Positions 40,784 to 54,023 of a stretch of DNA of 64,000 bases are shown piece after piece. Within the stretch, counting starts at the first letter, position 1. The number at the start of each line of letters is the position of its first letter. The translations under genes and the position numbers were made by a program. This DNA is from Eledone cirrhosa (Eukaryota), in the NCBI GenBank assembly GCA_964016885.1, contig OZ024743.1, forward strand, positions 366,296,001 to 366,360,000, written 5' to 3'. The notes below the pieces were generated by a model that saw only the letters and a list, made by a program, of their open reading frames with translations, was not told where the DNA came from and did no database searches.

Positions 40784-43013
40784 TACAAAGGTGGCAAGAG
40801 CACTTTGATGATCTTTTGAATCGGCCGTCAGTGAAGATTTCCTCAATCTCATTCCAGAAAGTCCTGTGAAAGTAGCTCTCGCAGAACCTCCAACGCTTGT
40901 GGAGGTTGCAGTGGCTATCTCGAAGCTGAACAGTGGAAGATCTCCAGGTATGGATGGCATACATGCTGAGCTCCTACAATATGGTGGTGAGAGACTCCTG
41001 CAACATCTTCACTCTTTGTTTGGCAGGATATGGGCTAATGAATCCGTACCTGAGGACTGGAGAGATGCAGTAATGGTGGTCTTGTACAAGGGAAAGGGTA
41101 ACAGGAATGATTGTGGGAACTACAGAGGTATATCATTGCTTTCTGTCGTAGGGAAAGTTTTATGTAGGGTGCTTCTGGACCGTCTGCTGACACACATTGC
41201 AGATTGTGTTCTTCCTGAAAGTCAATCTGGTTTTCGTGCTGGACGCGGCACTACTGATATGATCTTCTCAGCTAGACAGCTCCAGGAGAAGTGCATGGAA
41301 CAAGGCTTGGATCTGTATCAGGTTTTTGTTGATCTGACAAAAGCTTTTGATACTGTTAACAGAGATGCATTATGGAAGGTTCTCCAGAAACTTGGTTGCC
41401 CTAAGTTCCTTGCTTTAGTTAGGTCTTTCTATGACGACATGAAGGCTTGGGTTAATGTCGGAGCCTATCTCAGTAAAAAAAATGGAGTGAAACAGGGGGA
41501 TATTCCAGCACCGACCCTGTTTGCCATATACTTTGCAATGGTTTTCTGTATTGCATTCAGGAATTGCGAGCATGGTGTTTACATCCGATATCGAACCTTA
41601 GGTAAGATATTTAACATCAGGCGCTTTGCTGCAAAGACAAAAGTATTTACATCAATCATAAGAGACCTCTTGTAGCGCACACAGAGAGTGATATGCAGCA
41701 CATTTTGAATGCATTTTCTGACGCTTGCACTGCCCTAGGGTTAACTGTCAGTCTCAAGAAAACCGTCGTCATGTACCAACCTGCTCCTGGTAAGCAGTAC
41801 ACTGAACCAAATATCTATGTGTATGGCAAACGACTTGGAGTGGTTGATCAGTTTGTCTACCTGGGAAGCACTGTCAATCGATACGGCAACCTTGACAGTG
41901 AAATCTCACTTAGGATTAAGAAAGCAAGTGATGCTTTCGGAAATCTAGAAAGGCGACTTTGGGGTCGGCGAGACATATGCAAGAAGAGAAAGGTAAAAGT
42001 GTACAAGGCATGTGTGCTCTCTTCTCTTCTTTATCCCTGCGAGACCTGGGTCACATATCGACACCACCTTAAGCAACTGGAGCGTTTCCATCAGATGTGT
42101 CTCAGACGGATCCATGGTGTTCACTGGAGGGACCACATCAGTGATATCGAGATTTTGGAAAGCTCTATGTGTGACAGTATAGAAGCTCTTGTGCTTAAGC
42201 AACGACTCCGTTGGAGAGGTCACCTTTCCAGGATGAAGGATTCTAGAATAGCAAAACAACTCTTTTATGGAGAGTTGGTTAAAGGAAAATGACCGTCAAA
42301 TAAACCAAAAAAGAGGTATAAGGATTCCTTGAAAGCCTCTTTGAAAGACGCTAACATCTCTGCTGATACATGGGAAAATATTGCTGCTGATAAATGGAGA
42401 AAGACTGTATATGAGGGAAAGGTTGCCTTTGAGGCATCTCGAATCGCACACGAGAAAGTAAAGCGGGATGTGAGGAAGGGCATTGCTGTTGCACTTCCAG
42501 ACGGCGAGGGTCCTCCTATGGTGCTGACATGCAGCGTCTGTGCGAGACTCTGCCTAAGCAAAGCTGGACTCGAAAGTCATCTTCGCAGTAATAAAGTAAG
42601 ACCAGTGGTTGACTACCAGGCTGCTGTTGGAGATGCTACTCATCATGCTTGCCAAGCATGTGGTAGAGAATGTAAATCAGCAGGAGGGCTCAAACGACAT
42701 GCAAAAGTACACGAACTCCAACCACAGCCGACTATTCCCAGTGAATGTTTTGGCTGCTGACTCTGTGCAAGACATTTTAGATCATTGGCTGGGCTAAAAA
42801 GCCACATTCGATCGCAGCGCTGTTAGTTGCTATCGTGTGTGTGTGTGTGTATAGATATGTTTATATTTGTGCGTGTGTGTGTATATATATGTATATTATT
42901 ATTGTTGGTGTTGTCATTATTATTACTATTATTGTTATTATATATATATATATATATATTTTTTTTTTCTCGTGCAATGGCCATACTCGATAACGAGGGG
43001 GCAGCCATCATCA
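40784..43013 (+). mobile_element. RTE LINE family B, 5'-truncated and inactivated, with three C-terminal C2H2-type fingers
   Basis: RWQEHF, NYRGISLL, FVDLTKAFD, GVKQG and FVYLGS; YADD is deleted near 41672. Fingers CSVC..H, CQAC..H...H and C*LC..H. The 3' UTR is split by a microsatellite and ends in (CAT)n. Confidence 0.92.
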
Positions 43014-43190
43014 TATATATATATGTATGTATATATATATATATATGTATGTATGTATGTATGTATATATGTGTATGTATGTATGTATATGTATGTATGT
43101 ATATGTAAGTATATATATATGTATGTATATGTATGTATGTATATGTAAGTATATATATATGTATGTATTTATATGTATATGTATATATGT

Positions 43191-45935
43191 ATCATCATCA
43201 TCATCATCATCAACGTTTAACGTCCGTGTTCCACGCTTGCATGGGTTTGGACGGGGGTAGTCCCACTTGAGGCAAGAGTGATTGTCTTGCTCGCATAGGA
43301 CTGTCTGGCAGGTTTTCTACAGTTGGATGCCCTTCCTAACACCAACCACATTTACAGTGTGGGTCTGGGAGGTTTTTACCGTGTTGCCTACACGGCCACA
43401 TTACAGCGTGGACTGTGTGTTTTTTTGTCGTGACACCTACACGATCTCATTTGTTTCGGCCTCGATGGCGCGGCACCAACATAACTTTACATAGAACGGG
43501 GTGGTGTGGATCGGGTGGGGGTGGTGGGACGGGGTGTATTTTGTTAGAGATGCCTACTGGCTGGAGTAGGTTTTACTATATATTTAGGTAAGGCGGGTCT
43601 TCTCTGTTACTGAGTACCGCCAAAGGTCTCGGTCCAGTGACATTGTCTTGGAGAGGTGTAAGTGTGTGATGTCGGAGTTTATCAGCTCGTCCCAGGTTTT
43701 TCTAGGTCTGCCTATTCCGTGACTACCGTCTATCTTTATTGCCCTGCACTTTGTTATACAGCTATCGACTTTCATGCGCATCACGTGTCCATACCAACGT
43801 AGCCTTCTCTCGAGTAAACAACATCTGATCCCTCTTATCTCTAATTTTTTCCTTAGTTCGTTTATGCTTTGCCGTTCACGTATATTACTGTTACACATCC
43901 AGCGGAGCATGCAAGCTTCGTTCCTCTCTAGTCTGCGTATATCCTCTGCACACAATGCCCAGGTCTCACTGCCATGCAGCATTGCTGTTCGTATGCAGGC
44001 ATCGTACAACCTGCCTTTCATTTTTAGTGAGAACCCTTTAGCAGCTAATAGTGGTATAAGCTCTCTGAACTTTTTCCAACCAGTTCTGACTCTAGCTACA
44101 GTACTTTCAGAGCACCCTCCCCCACTGCTGATTTTATCGCCCAGGTAACGGAAGCTGTCCACTATTTCTATAGAACCCTCTGCGCAATTGAAAGAGCTAG
44201 TAGTTTGTGGGCACTTGCTGCTACTTATTGCACCAGAGCACCGGCCACATGTAAAATCTATGTTCTTAGTTAGCTTACCTGTGATCCCACTACATCTTTT
44301 ATGCACCCATACTTTGCATTTAGGACATAAAATGGAGTTTCTACCTACGCCTTTCCTACACACCGAGCACGACCATTTCCCAGAAGGGACCGCCGCCTTG
44401 TTTTCTTTCCTACAAACTAGTACTTTGGTCTTAGCCAGGTTAATTTTAAGTCCTTTTGACTCTAGGCCGTGCTTCCATGTTTGGAATTTCTTCTCTAGCT
44501 CGGCCATTGATTCCGCTATGAGTGTCAGGTCGTCTGCGTATAGGAGTTCCCATGGGCAGCCTGTCTTGAACTCCTCTGTTATAGCCTGAAGGGCAATAAT
44601 AAATAGTAGTGGGCTGAGAACAGAGCCCTGATGGACGCCAACTTTTACGCTAAACTCTTCACTATATTCGTTGTTAATTCTAACCTTGCTGACTGTTTCT
44701 TTATACATGGCTTGTATAGCCCTCACAAGCCATTCGTCAACGCCTAGTTTTCTAAGAGCCCACCAGATAATGGAGCGGGGGACTCTGTCGAAGGCTTTCT
44801 CCAAGTCGACAAAAGCTAAGTAGAGGGGTTTACCTTTAGCTAGGTACTTCTCCTGTAGTTGTCGTACTATGAAAAGAGCGTCTGTGGTACTTTTGCCTGA
44901 CACAAACCCGAACTGCATTTCATCTAGGTCAATTCTCTCTCTGATTAGTTGCGCTATTACTTTTTCCGTGACCTTCATGACCTGGTCGATTAATTTAATG
45001 CCTCTATAGTTACTCCTATCTAGGGCGTCTCCTTTACCCTTATAACAGTTAACGATGATGCTGCTATGCCAGTCCTTCGGAACAACCCCATTCTGTACGA
45101 CTTGGTTAACTATGCGGGTGACCATGGTGTGTCCCACCGTGCCAGATGCCTTCAGCATCTCAGCAACTATTTCCGAAGGCCCAGCCGCCTTACCCGTCTT
45201 CATATCCTTGATTGCCTTACTTATTATACTCCCCTCGACTAACACTGCTGGTCCCTCTATTGGGTCGATATGGGGGAGACTGCCTTTCTCCCAATTATTC
45301 TCCTCATTTAGTAGCCTTTCATAGTGACACTTCCAAGCTACCTTCTTATCAGCGTCGGTGATGGCAAGTGTGCCATCGTCGTTTAGTACACACTTCTCCC
45401 CGACAATATCACGGTTTTCCTTGACGCATTGCCTAGCAATCCTGAACACCTCACGTTTTTGGTCATCGCGTTGTAGAACATGCTTGAACTTTCTTTCCTC
45501 AGCTTCCCTTCTTGCTAAGTACACTTGTCTCCTAGCTTCCCTCCTGGCCACTTGATAGTCCTCTCTACTTCCCCCATCCCGCCATACTTTCCAAGCCTGC
45601 TTTTTGGCCTTAATTGACCCCTCCACCTTACTGTTCCACCACCATGTTACTCTCCTCCTGCCTACAGGCCTGCTCCAGCCACAGACTTCGTCTGTCGCCA
45701 ACAGCAGGTTTGCTTTCAGAAATTCCCACTCTCCCTCTATATTGTCCGACTCTAAATGTTCTTCCTTACTGTCGAAAGCATCAAGTAATATGCTTTGAAA
45801 TTTATTCCTGGCTGTGGGGTCCTTTAGCTTCCATATTTTTCTCCTGAGGATAGTCCTCTTCTGTTGTCGAGTACGTCTCGTCCTGACTATGAGGTCACTA
45901 ATTATCAGTCTATGTTGGGAGGTGCATTCTTCACG
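43191..45935 (-). mobile_element. RTE LINE family A, 5'-truncated
   Basis: Near-identical to 14307-17121, with a (GAT)n tail; TA-bounded. Confidence 0.97.
43584..45935 (-). CDS. RTE reverse transcriptase ORF (uninterrupted, lacks most of APE)
   Basis: Open frame with DLEKAFD, HQGS, YADD, C4HC3 insert and FRYLG. The upstream Met comes from flanking TA sequence. Confidence 0.9.
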   Translation of the reverse strand, partial: REECTSQHRLIISDLIVRTRRTRQQKRTILRRKIWKLKDPTARNKFQSILLDAFDSKEEHLESDNIEGEWEFLKANLLLATDEVCGWSRPVGRRRVTWWWNSKVEGSIKAKKQAWKVWRDGGSREDYQVARREARRQVYLARREAEERKFKHVLQRDDQKREVFRIARQCVKENRDIVGEKCVLNDDGTLAITDADKKVAWKCHYERLLNEENNWEKGSLPHIDPIEGPAVLVEGSIISKAIKDMKTGKAAGPSEIVAEMLKASGTVGHTMVTRIVNQVVQNGVVPKDWHSSIIVNCYKGKGDALDRSNYRGIKLIDQVMKVTEKVIAQLIRERIDLDEMQFGFVSGKSTTDALFIVRQLQEKYLAKGKPLYLAFVDLEKAFDRVPRSIIWWALRKLGVDEWLVRAIQAMYKETVSKVRINNEYSEEFSVKVGVHQGSVLSPLLFIIALQAITEEFKTGCPWELLYADDLTLIAESMAELEKKFQTWKHGLESKGLKINLAKTKVLVCRKENKAAVPSGKWSCSVCRKGVGRNSILCPKCKVWVHKRCSGITGKLTKNIDFTCGRCSGAISSSKCPQTTSSFNCAEGSIEIVDSFRYLGDKISSGGGCSESTVARVRTGWKKFRELIPLLAAKGFSLKMKGRLYDACIRTAMLHGSETWALCAEDIRRLERNEACMLRWMCNSNIRERQSINELRKKLEIRGIRCCLLERRLRWYGHVMRMKVDSCITKCRAIKIDGSHGIGRPRKTWDELINSDITHLHLSKTMSLDRDLWRYSVTEKTRLT

Positions 45936-46060
45936 TATATATATGTATATATGCAAATAACTACATGTATCACCTATCCTTCCTTTTTTTCTCTCTCTCG
46001 ATATGTAAATACTTTATGTATATATATATATGTATATGTATGTATATATATATATGTATG

Positions 46061-46091
<31 letters not shown>

Positions 46092-46184
46092 GTATATATA
46101 TGTATATATTTATGTATATATATGTGTATATATGTATATATATATGTATATATATATGTATATGTATGTATATGTATGTATATG

Positions 46185-46271
<87 letters not shown>

Positions 46272-46314
46272 GTATATATATGTATATATGTATATATATA
46301 TGTATATAAATATA

Positions 46315-46363
<49 letters not shown>

Positions 46364-46536
46364 ATATATATGTATATAAATATATATATGTATATATATA
46401 TATATATATATATGAATATAGACATAGAATATTCGAAAATATTCTGTATGTTTATAATAAACATTTTGAAGACCTAATCGCTATAGAATAGAATACGTCA
46501 CGTATTACAATTAGATTCTCGATAAAAGCAAGGGAA

Positions 46537-46579
46537 GTAATCTACGCGTTTCATTCTTGTTAGAAATCATCAGGACTAC
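46537..46579 (-). ncRNA. Minimal type I hammerhead ribozyme
   Basis: GUAGUC-CUGAUGA-U-UUCU(AACA)AGAA-U-GAAA-CGCG-UA-GAUUAC. Confidence 0.85.
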
Positions 46580-46846
46580 ATATCCAGTGCTTTTATCGAG
46601 AATGACACAGCTAGAGACTTATAGAATACTTAGCTGTGTACAGGAACTGGTTTGAAAGAGCGGTTGCCGGTCCGGCAGAAATTAGAAATTGGAATAAATG
46701 CTCTGAAATAGCGATATATATGTGAATATAGACATAGAATATTCGAAAATATTCTGTATGTTTATAATAAACATTTTGAAGACCTAATCGCTATAGAATA
46801 GAATACGTCACGTATTACAATTAGATTCTCGATAAAAGCAAGGGAA

Positions 46847-46889
46847 GTAATCTACGCGTTTCATTCTTGTTAGAAATCATCAGGACTAC
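46847..46889 (-). ncRNA. Minimal type I hammerhead ribozyme
   Basis: Identical to 46537-46579, 310 bp away. Confidence 0.85.
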
Positions 46890-47036
46890 ATATCCAGTGC
46901 TTTTATCGAGAATGACACAGCTAGAGACTTATAATTTCTGCCGGACCGGCAACCGCTCTTTCAAACCAGTTCCTGTACACAGCTAAGTATTCTATAAGTC
47001 TCTAGCTGTGTCATTCTCGATAAAAGCACTGGATAT

Positions 47037-47079
47037 GTAGTCCTGATGATTTCTAACAAGAATGAAACGCGTAGATTAC
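47037..47079 (+). ncRNA. Minimal type I hammerhead ribozyme
   Basis: GTAGTC CTGATGA TTTCTAACAAGAAT GAAA CGCG TA GATTAC; predicted cleavage 3' of A47073. Confidence 0.85.
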
Positions 47080-47346
47080 TTCCCTTGCTTTTATCGAGAA
47101 TCTAATTGTAATACGTGACGTATTCTATTCTATAGCGACTAGGTCTTCAAAATGTTTATTATAAACATACAGAATATTTTCGAATATTCTATGTCTATAT
47201 TCACATATATATCGCTATTTCAGAGCATTTATTCCAATTTCTAATTTCTGCCGGACCGGCAACCGCTCTTTCAAACCAGTTCCTGTACACAGCTAAGTAT
47301 TCTATAAGTCTCTAGCTGTGTCATTCTCGATAAAAGCACTGGATAT

Positions 47347-47389
47347 GTAGTCCTGTTGATTTCTAACAAGAATGAAACGCGTAGATTAC
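47347..47389 (+). ncRNA. Hammerhead ribozyme copy with A6U core change
   Basis: The core reads CTGTTGA (T47356) instead of CTGATGA; otherwise identical to the other three. Confidence 0.8.
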
Positions 47390-47542
47390 TTCCCTTGCTT
47401 TTATCGAGAATCTAATTGTAATACGTGACGTATTCTATTCTATAGCGATTAGGTCTTCAAAATGTTTATTATAAACATACAGAATATTTTCGAATATTCT
47501 ATGTCTATATTCACATATATATCGCTATTTCAGAGCATTTAT

Positions 47543-49426
<1,884 letters not shown>

Positions 49427-49427
49427 C

Positions 49428-50012
49428 TTAAATAGGTCTACAGTTAAATTCTCATACTCTACAACAAATAACATAAAACAAAATATAAGTGCATATAATG
49501 CATATAAATGTAAGAAAACCATAAGTATACCACCAGTACATCAAATTAACAATAATATCTCCTCAAATACAGAATTAACGAAAGGATGTAACTGTAGAAA
49601 CAAAACAAACTGCCCATTAAAAGGGAATTGTCTTGTTAACAACATAGTCTATAAATGTAATGTTAAAACTAAAGATTCTATTTGCTCATATATAGGAGCT
49701 ACCTCTAACAATTTTAAGACAAGGTATAATACCCACAAACATAGCTTTAAAAATGCCGCACTGGCTAATACAACATCTCTAGCAGAAAAAATCAATAGTT
49801 ATAAAAATAAAAATATAAAATATGATTTGACCTGGAGTGTGCTCAAAAGAGCCACCCCTTATCAAAATAATAGAAAGGAATGTAGATTATGTTCCCAAGA
49901 ACTATTTGAAATAATGAAGTCTAGGGATATCTTATTAAATAAAAGACAGGAATTAATTATATCGTGTAATCATAAACTAAAAAAAACATTTAAATATTAT
50001 AAACCTAATTAA
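49428..50012 (+). CDS. C-terminal GIY-YIG endonuclease of a 5'-truncated Penelope-like element (Naiad-like)
   Basis: [10 protein letters not shown]...[22 protein letters not shown]...[20 protein letters not shown]...CRLC..E...LLNKRQE...CNH: a Cys-rich linker plus IVY/YIG, R, E and N catalytic positions. The frame is open to TAA at 50012. Confidence 0.9.
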   Translation, partial: LNRSTVKFSYSTTNNIKQNISAYNAYKCKKTISIPPVHQINNNISSNTELTKGCNCRNKTNCPLKGNCLVNNIVYKCNVKTKDSICSYIGATSNNFKTRYNTHKHSFKNAALANTTSLAEKINSYKNKNIKYDLTWSVLKRATPYQNNRKECRLCSQELFEIMKSRDILLNKRQELIISCNHKLKKTFKYYKPN

Positions 50013-50200
50013 TAACATTATTCTAGAATTTAATTTAATTTAAATGTTAGTTAACCTATAAATTTAATTTAATTAATATTTTATTACAGATGAGAAAATA
50101 TTATGTAATCATAAATTTTGAAAAACCTTTAAATATTACTAATATATACTCAGTAATTTAATTTATAGATTAATTTTAATTTATTCTAACCTTTTATTAT

Positions 50201-50242
<42 letters not shown>

Positions 50243-51779
50243 TATAATTCTTTTACAGATAAAATATAACAAAATAATATCATGTATCCAATGACGGAGA
50301 AAGAATTTTTAGTATTATAGACCTAATTAATATACATTTTGGAAATATATTTATTATTTGGTTTTAGTTTTAAACAACCTAAAACTTTAATTTTAATTTG
50401 CTTAAAATTAGTATCCTTGTACAGACGAATTGCAGAATGTCATGTAATCATAGAATGGGATGTGTTTTGGATATATACCTAGTTAATATATTCTGTGCAA
50501 ATTTTTTGAAAAAGATATGTATATCTATATGTATATGTATATGTGTGTGTTGTGTATGTGTATCTGTATGTACGTTTATGTGAGTATATATGTATATATG
50601 TGTATATATATGTATATATATATATATATGTGTGTATATGTATATATATGTGTATGTGTATGTATATGTATATGTATGCGTATTAATTTTGATTTTTATT
50701 TGCATATAATTATATTATGCTATTGATGAAATACAATATCTGCTTTATGTATTGTATACCTAATTAACATATACTAATTAACGTATACTATTGAAATAAA
50801 TATATAATTTTTAATTTAGTTAACATATAATTTATATGCTACTACCGATGTAATACTTTATTTTATTTTTATTTGGGTTTCTTTTCCCTATTACTAAATT
50901 CATCTCCTAATATTGATACCATAACGTTATTAACTTTAATTTAGTTATAATGTAATTAATAATCTACTACTGTTTGACTTCATAATTCTGCTTCAAATAT
51001 TATAAACCTAACTAATTTACACCTTGGGAATCAATATGTTGACTATCTTTGTTTAGTTAACATATGATTAATGGTATACTTTTTTTGTTTTGAGATGCAT
51101 AGATTTCGTATTTCCTAGCACTGAAAATATGTAAGAACATACATTGAATTAAGATACGGAAAATATTATATGTTTCTTGAAACATATATTTACTTTGATC
51201 CCCTTCTCCAAACCCCCCCTTTCCCCCATACTATTATCATCTGTTTTTGTAAGCGTATATGTATGAATATATGTGTAGGTGGGTGTCTATATAGGTTTTG
51301 GTATTTATTTCTAAATATAAAAATACATATATGAGCATGTAAATATGAATGTAGGATTGAGTGTGTATATATGATTGTACATACATATGTATGTATATAT
51401 ATGTATATATATGTATTATATATGTATGTGTATGTGAATGTGTGGTATGTATATGTGTATGTATATGTATATATGTGTATGTATGTGTATGCTTGTATAT
51501 AGGAATATATATATGTGTATATATGTATGTATATGTATATGCGTGTTTGTATGTATGTGTATATGGGTTCTGTATATATTTGTATGTCTCTCTATTTATA
51601 TGTTTATCTTCGTATCTATGTGATATATGTGTGTGTGTGTGCACGTATGCATATGTATGTGTTTATGTGTGTTTGTATGTGTGTGTGTATATATATGTGT
51701 ATTTGCGCACACTCACATACACATATATATATATATATATGTGAGTGTGTATGTGTGTCTGTGTGTGTGTGTGTGTGTG

Positions 51780-51829
<50 letters not shown>

Positions 51830-51973
51830 GATATATATGTATATATATATATATATGTATATAGGTGTCTATGTGTGAATATATGTCTTTATTCGTATGT
51901 GTGTATTTATGTATGTATATATTTATGTGTATGTATGTATGTGTATGTATGTATGTATATATATATATATATG

Positions 51974-52006
<33 letters not shown>

Positions 52007-53160
52007 ATATTATTCTTTATTATTATTGTAATATAACTTATGTGTATATGTGTATAAGTGAGGTTATGTATGTATATATACTATGTGTATATATAAGAGT
52101 AATGAAATATATATATGTGTATATATGTGTCCATGTCTGTTTTTTATGTGTGTGTATATATATATATGTATGTGTATATATATATATATATATATATGTG
52201 TACGTGTGTGTATGTGGATATATATATATATATATATATATATACATGTGGGTGTTTGTATGTGTATTTATGGTGGTATGAGTGTGTGGATATATATGTT
52301 TATGTATATGTATGTATATGTATATGTATATATATGAGTCTATGTGTGTGTGTATATATATGTTTATATATATATATATATATATATATGTGTATGTGTG
52401 TATGTGTTGCGCGTGTGTGTGTGTGTATTTATATCTTTTTATATGTGTATGTGTATGTTCGTGTAAATGTATGTGTGTGTATGACTATATAGGTATGTGT
52501 ATATGTATGTATGTGTAAATATCTCTATGTGCGCGTACATGTATGTATGTGTATGTATATCTGTATGTGTATGTACATTATATTATATTTATTATATTTT
52601 ATTGTTTTTATTTTTTTATTTTTCTTAATTTATAGATACATTTATATTAGGCAGTCTGGTCTGACAATCTAATACTGACCCCTCCCCCCCCCTCCCACCT
52701 AATTTCTGTATCTTGATCTTGAAATGTGTGTGCAAGTGTTTTATATGAGTGACTTAATTTCTATTTGCTTATGATTTTATATCCACATATATAAATGTGA
52801 GTGGGGGAGTGTGTGTGTTTGTATGTTCGTGGTTATGTGTATATTTATGCATATACGCACATGTATGTGTGATTATACTGATATGTGTAAGTATGAAAAA
52901 AATATATTTATATGCTTGACTCCATAAGTATCATTGCGTATCTTATCAGCGCATTAAGCTTACAGAGATATTAACCTTGAAATTTTGTGTTTGCATCCAT
53001 CTTTTTAGTATGCACATACAAATTATACACACATTATTGTAAAATATGTGTAAGGTTTTTACATGTATATACACACACCAAACTGCTTTTAACCCTTTGT
53101 GTTTTCATTGGTCAATTTTGAACTGATATTTTGAATTGTTGTTATTATCAATAAATATAC

Positions 53161-53315
53161 TTCATTATTTCTGAAGACGGCGTATATATGAGTTAGGTAT
53201 GTATGTTTAATCTTGATAATTTGTATAATTTTGTATAATTTTGTACATAGATCTGTTAAATATGCATACCAATTATAACACATATATACCCTAGAAACGA
53301 TCGTTAAATAGTGAA
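53161..53315 (+). ncRNA. Type I hammerhead ribozyme with very long stem II
   Basis: UUCAUUAUUU-CUGAAGA-[~115-nt hairpin]-GAAA-CGAUCG-UU-AAAUAGUGAA. 10-bp stem I and palindromic stem III ACGAUCGU. Stem II helices are GUAUAUAUG/CAUAUAUAC and GGUAUGUAUGUUUAA/UUAAAUAUGCAUACC. Confidence 0.8.
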
Positions 53316-53514
53316 CTTTTTTTGTTTAATATAAGGAATTGTTTGTTCATTATTTGTTTAATATTTTATCTTGACTCTGTATACCGTTTATCTTTCACCG
53401 AAAGTGGATTTTCATTACATCTCTTCTTTCCATGATATCTGGAATACATTGAGTTCTTCATACGGATTGCACACTACCGTAAACTCTTGGTAGATTTATC
53501 TACATATATATATG

Positions 53515-53545
<31 letters not shown>

Positions 53546-53561
53546 GTATATATATGTATAT

Positions 53562-53911
53562 ATCATCATTTCATCATCATCATTTCATTTTACATCCGCT
53601 TTTTCCCTGCTTGCAAGGGTGGGATGGGAACTGATGCTGGCTTGATTTCTACAGCTGGATGCCCTTCCTAACACCAACCTCATTTACAGTGAGTGCTGGG
53701 TGCTTTTTTGCCGTGGCACCTCCACGACCACTTTACAGTGGAATGATAGGGACACCAGTCCCTATCATCTCATTTCTACAGCTGAGTAAACTGGAGCAAT
53801 GTGAAATAAAGTGCCTTGCTCAAGGAAACAACACATCACCCGGTCTGAGAATTGAACTCACAACCTTTCGATTGCAAGGCCAATGCTCTAACCACTAAGC
53901 CATGTGCCTCC
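53562..53911 (-). mobile_element. CORE-like SINE family 2, full copy
   Basis: Reverse-complement homologue of 19068-19383; TA-bounded. Confidence 0.9.
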
Positions 53912-53958
53912 ATATATACATATGTATATATATATACATATGTATATATATGTATATA

Positions 53959-54007
<49 letters not shown>

Positions 54008-54023
54008 GTATATATATATATGT

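Larger units (their letters stand above)
46413..47548. mobile_element. Tandem/inverted array of a 310-bp HHR-containing monomer (non-LTR retrozyme / non-autonomous PLE candidate)
   Basis: Period 310 bp. About 1.7 copies on minus (46413-46933), then about 2 copies on plus (46932-47548). One HHR per monomer, no coding potential, TA-bounded. Confidence 0.88.

Noticed and set aside
50088-50125. SECIS-like AUGA...AA...GA hairpin after the GIY-YIG stop
   Set aside because: The AA-to-GA spacing is too short for a canonical SECIS, the stem is AU-only and weak, and the visible ORF has no in-frame UGA.
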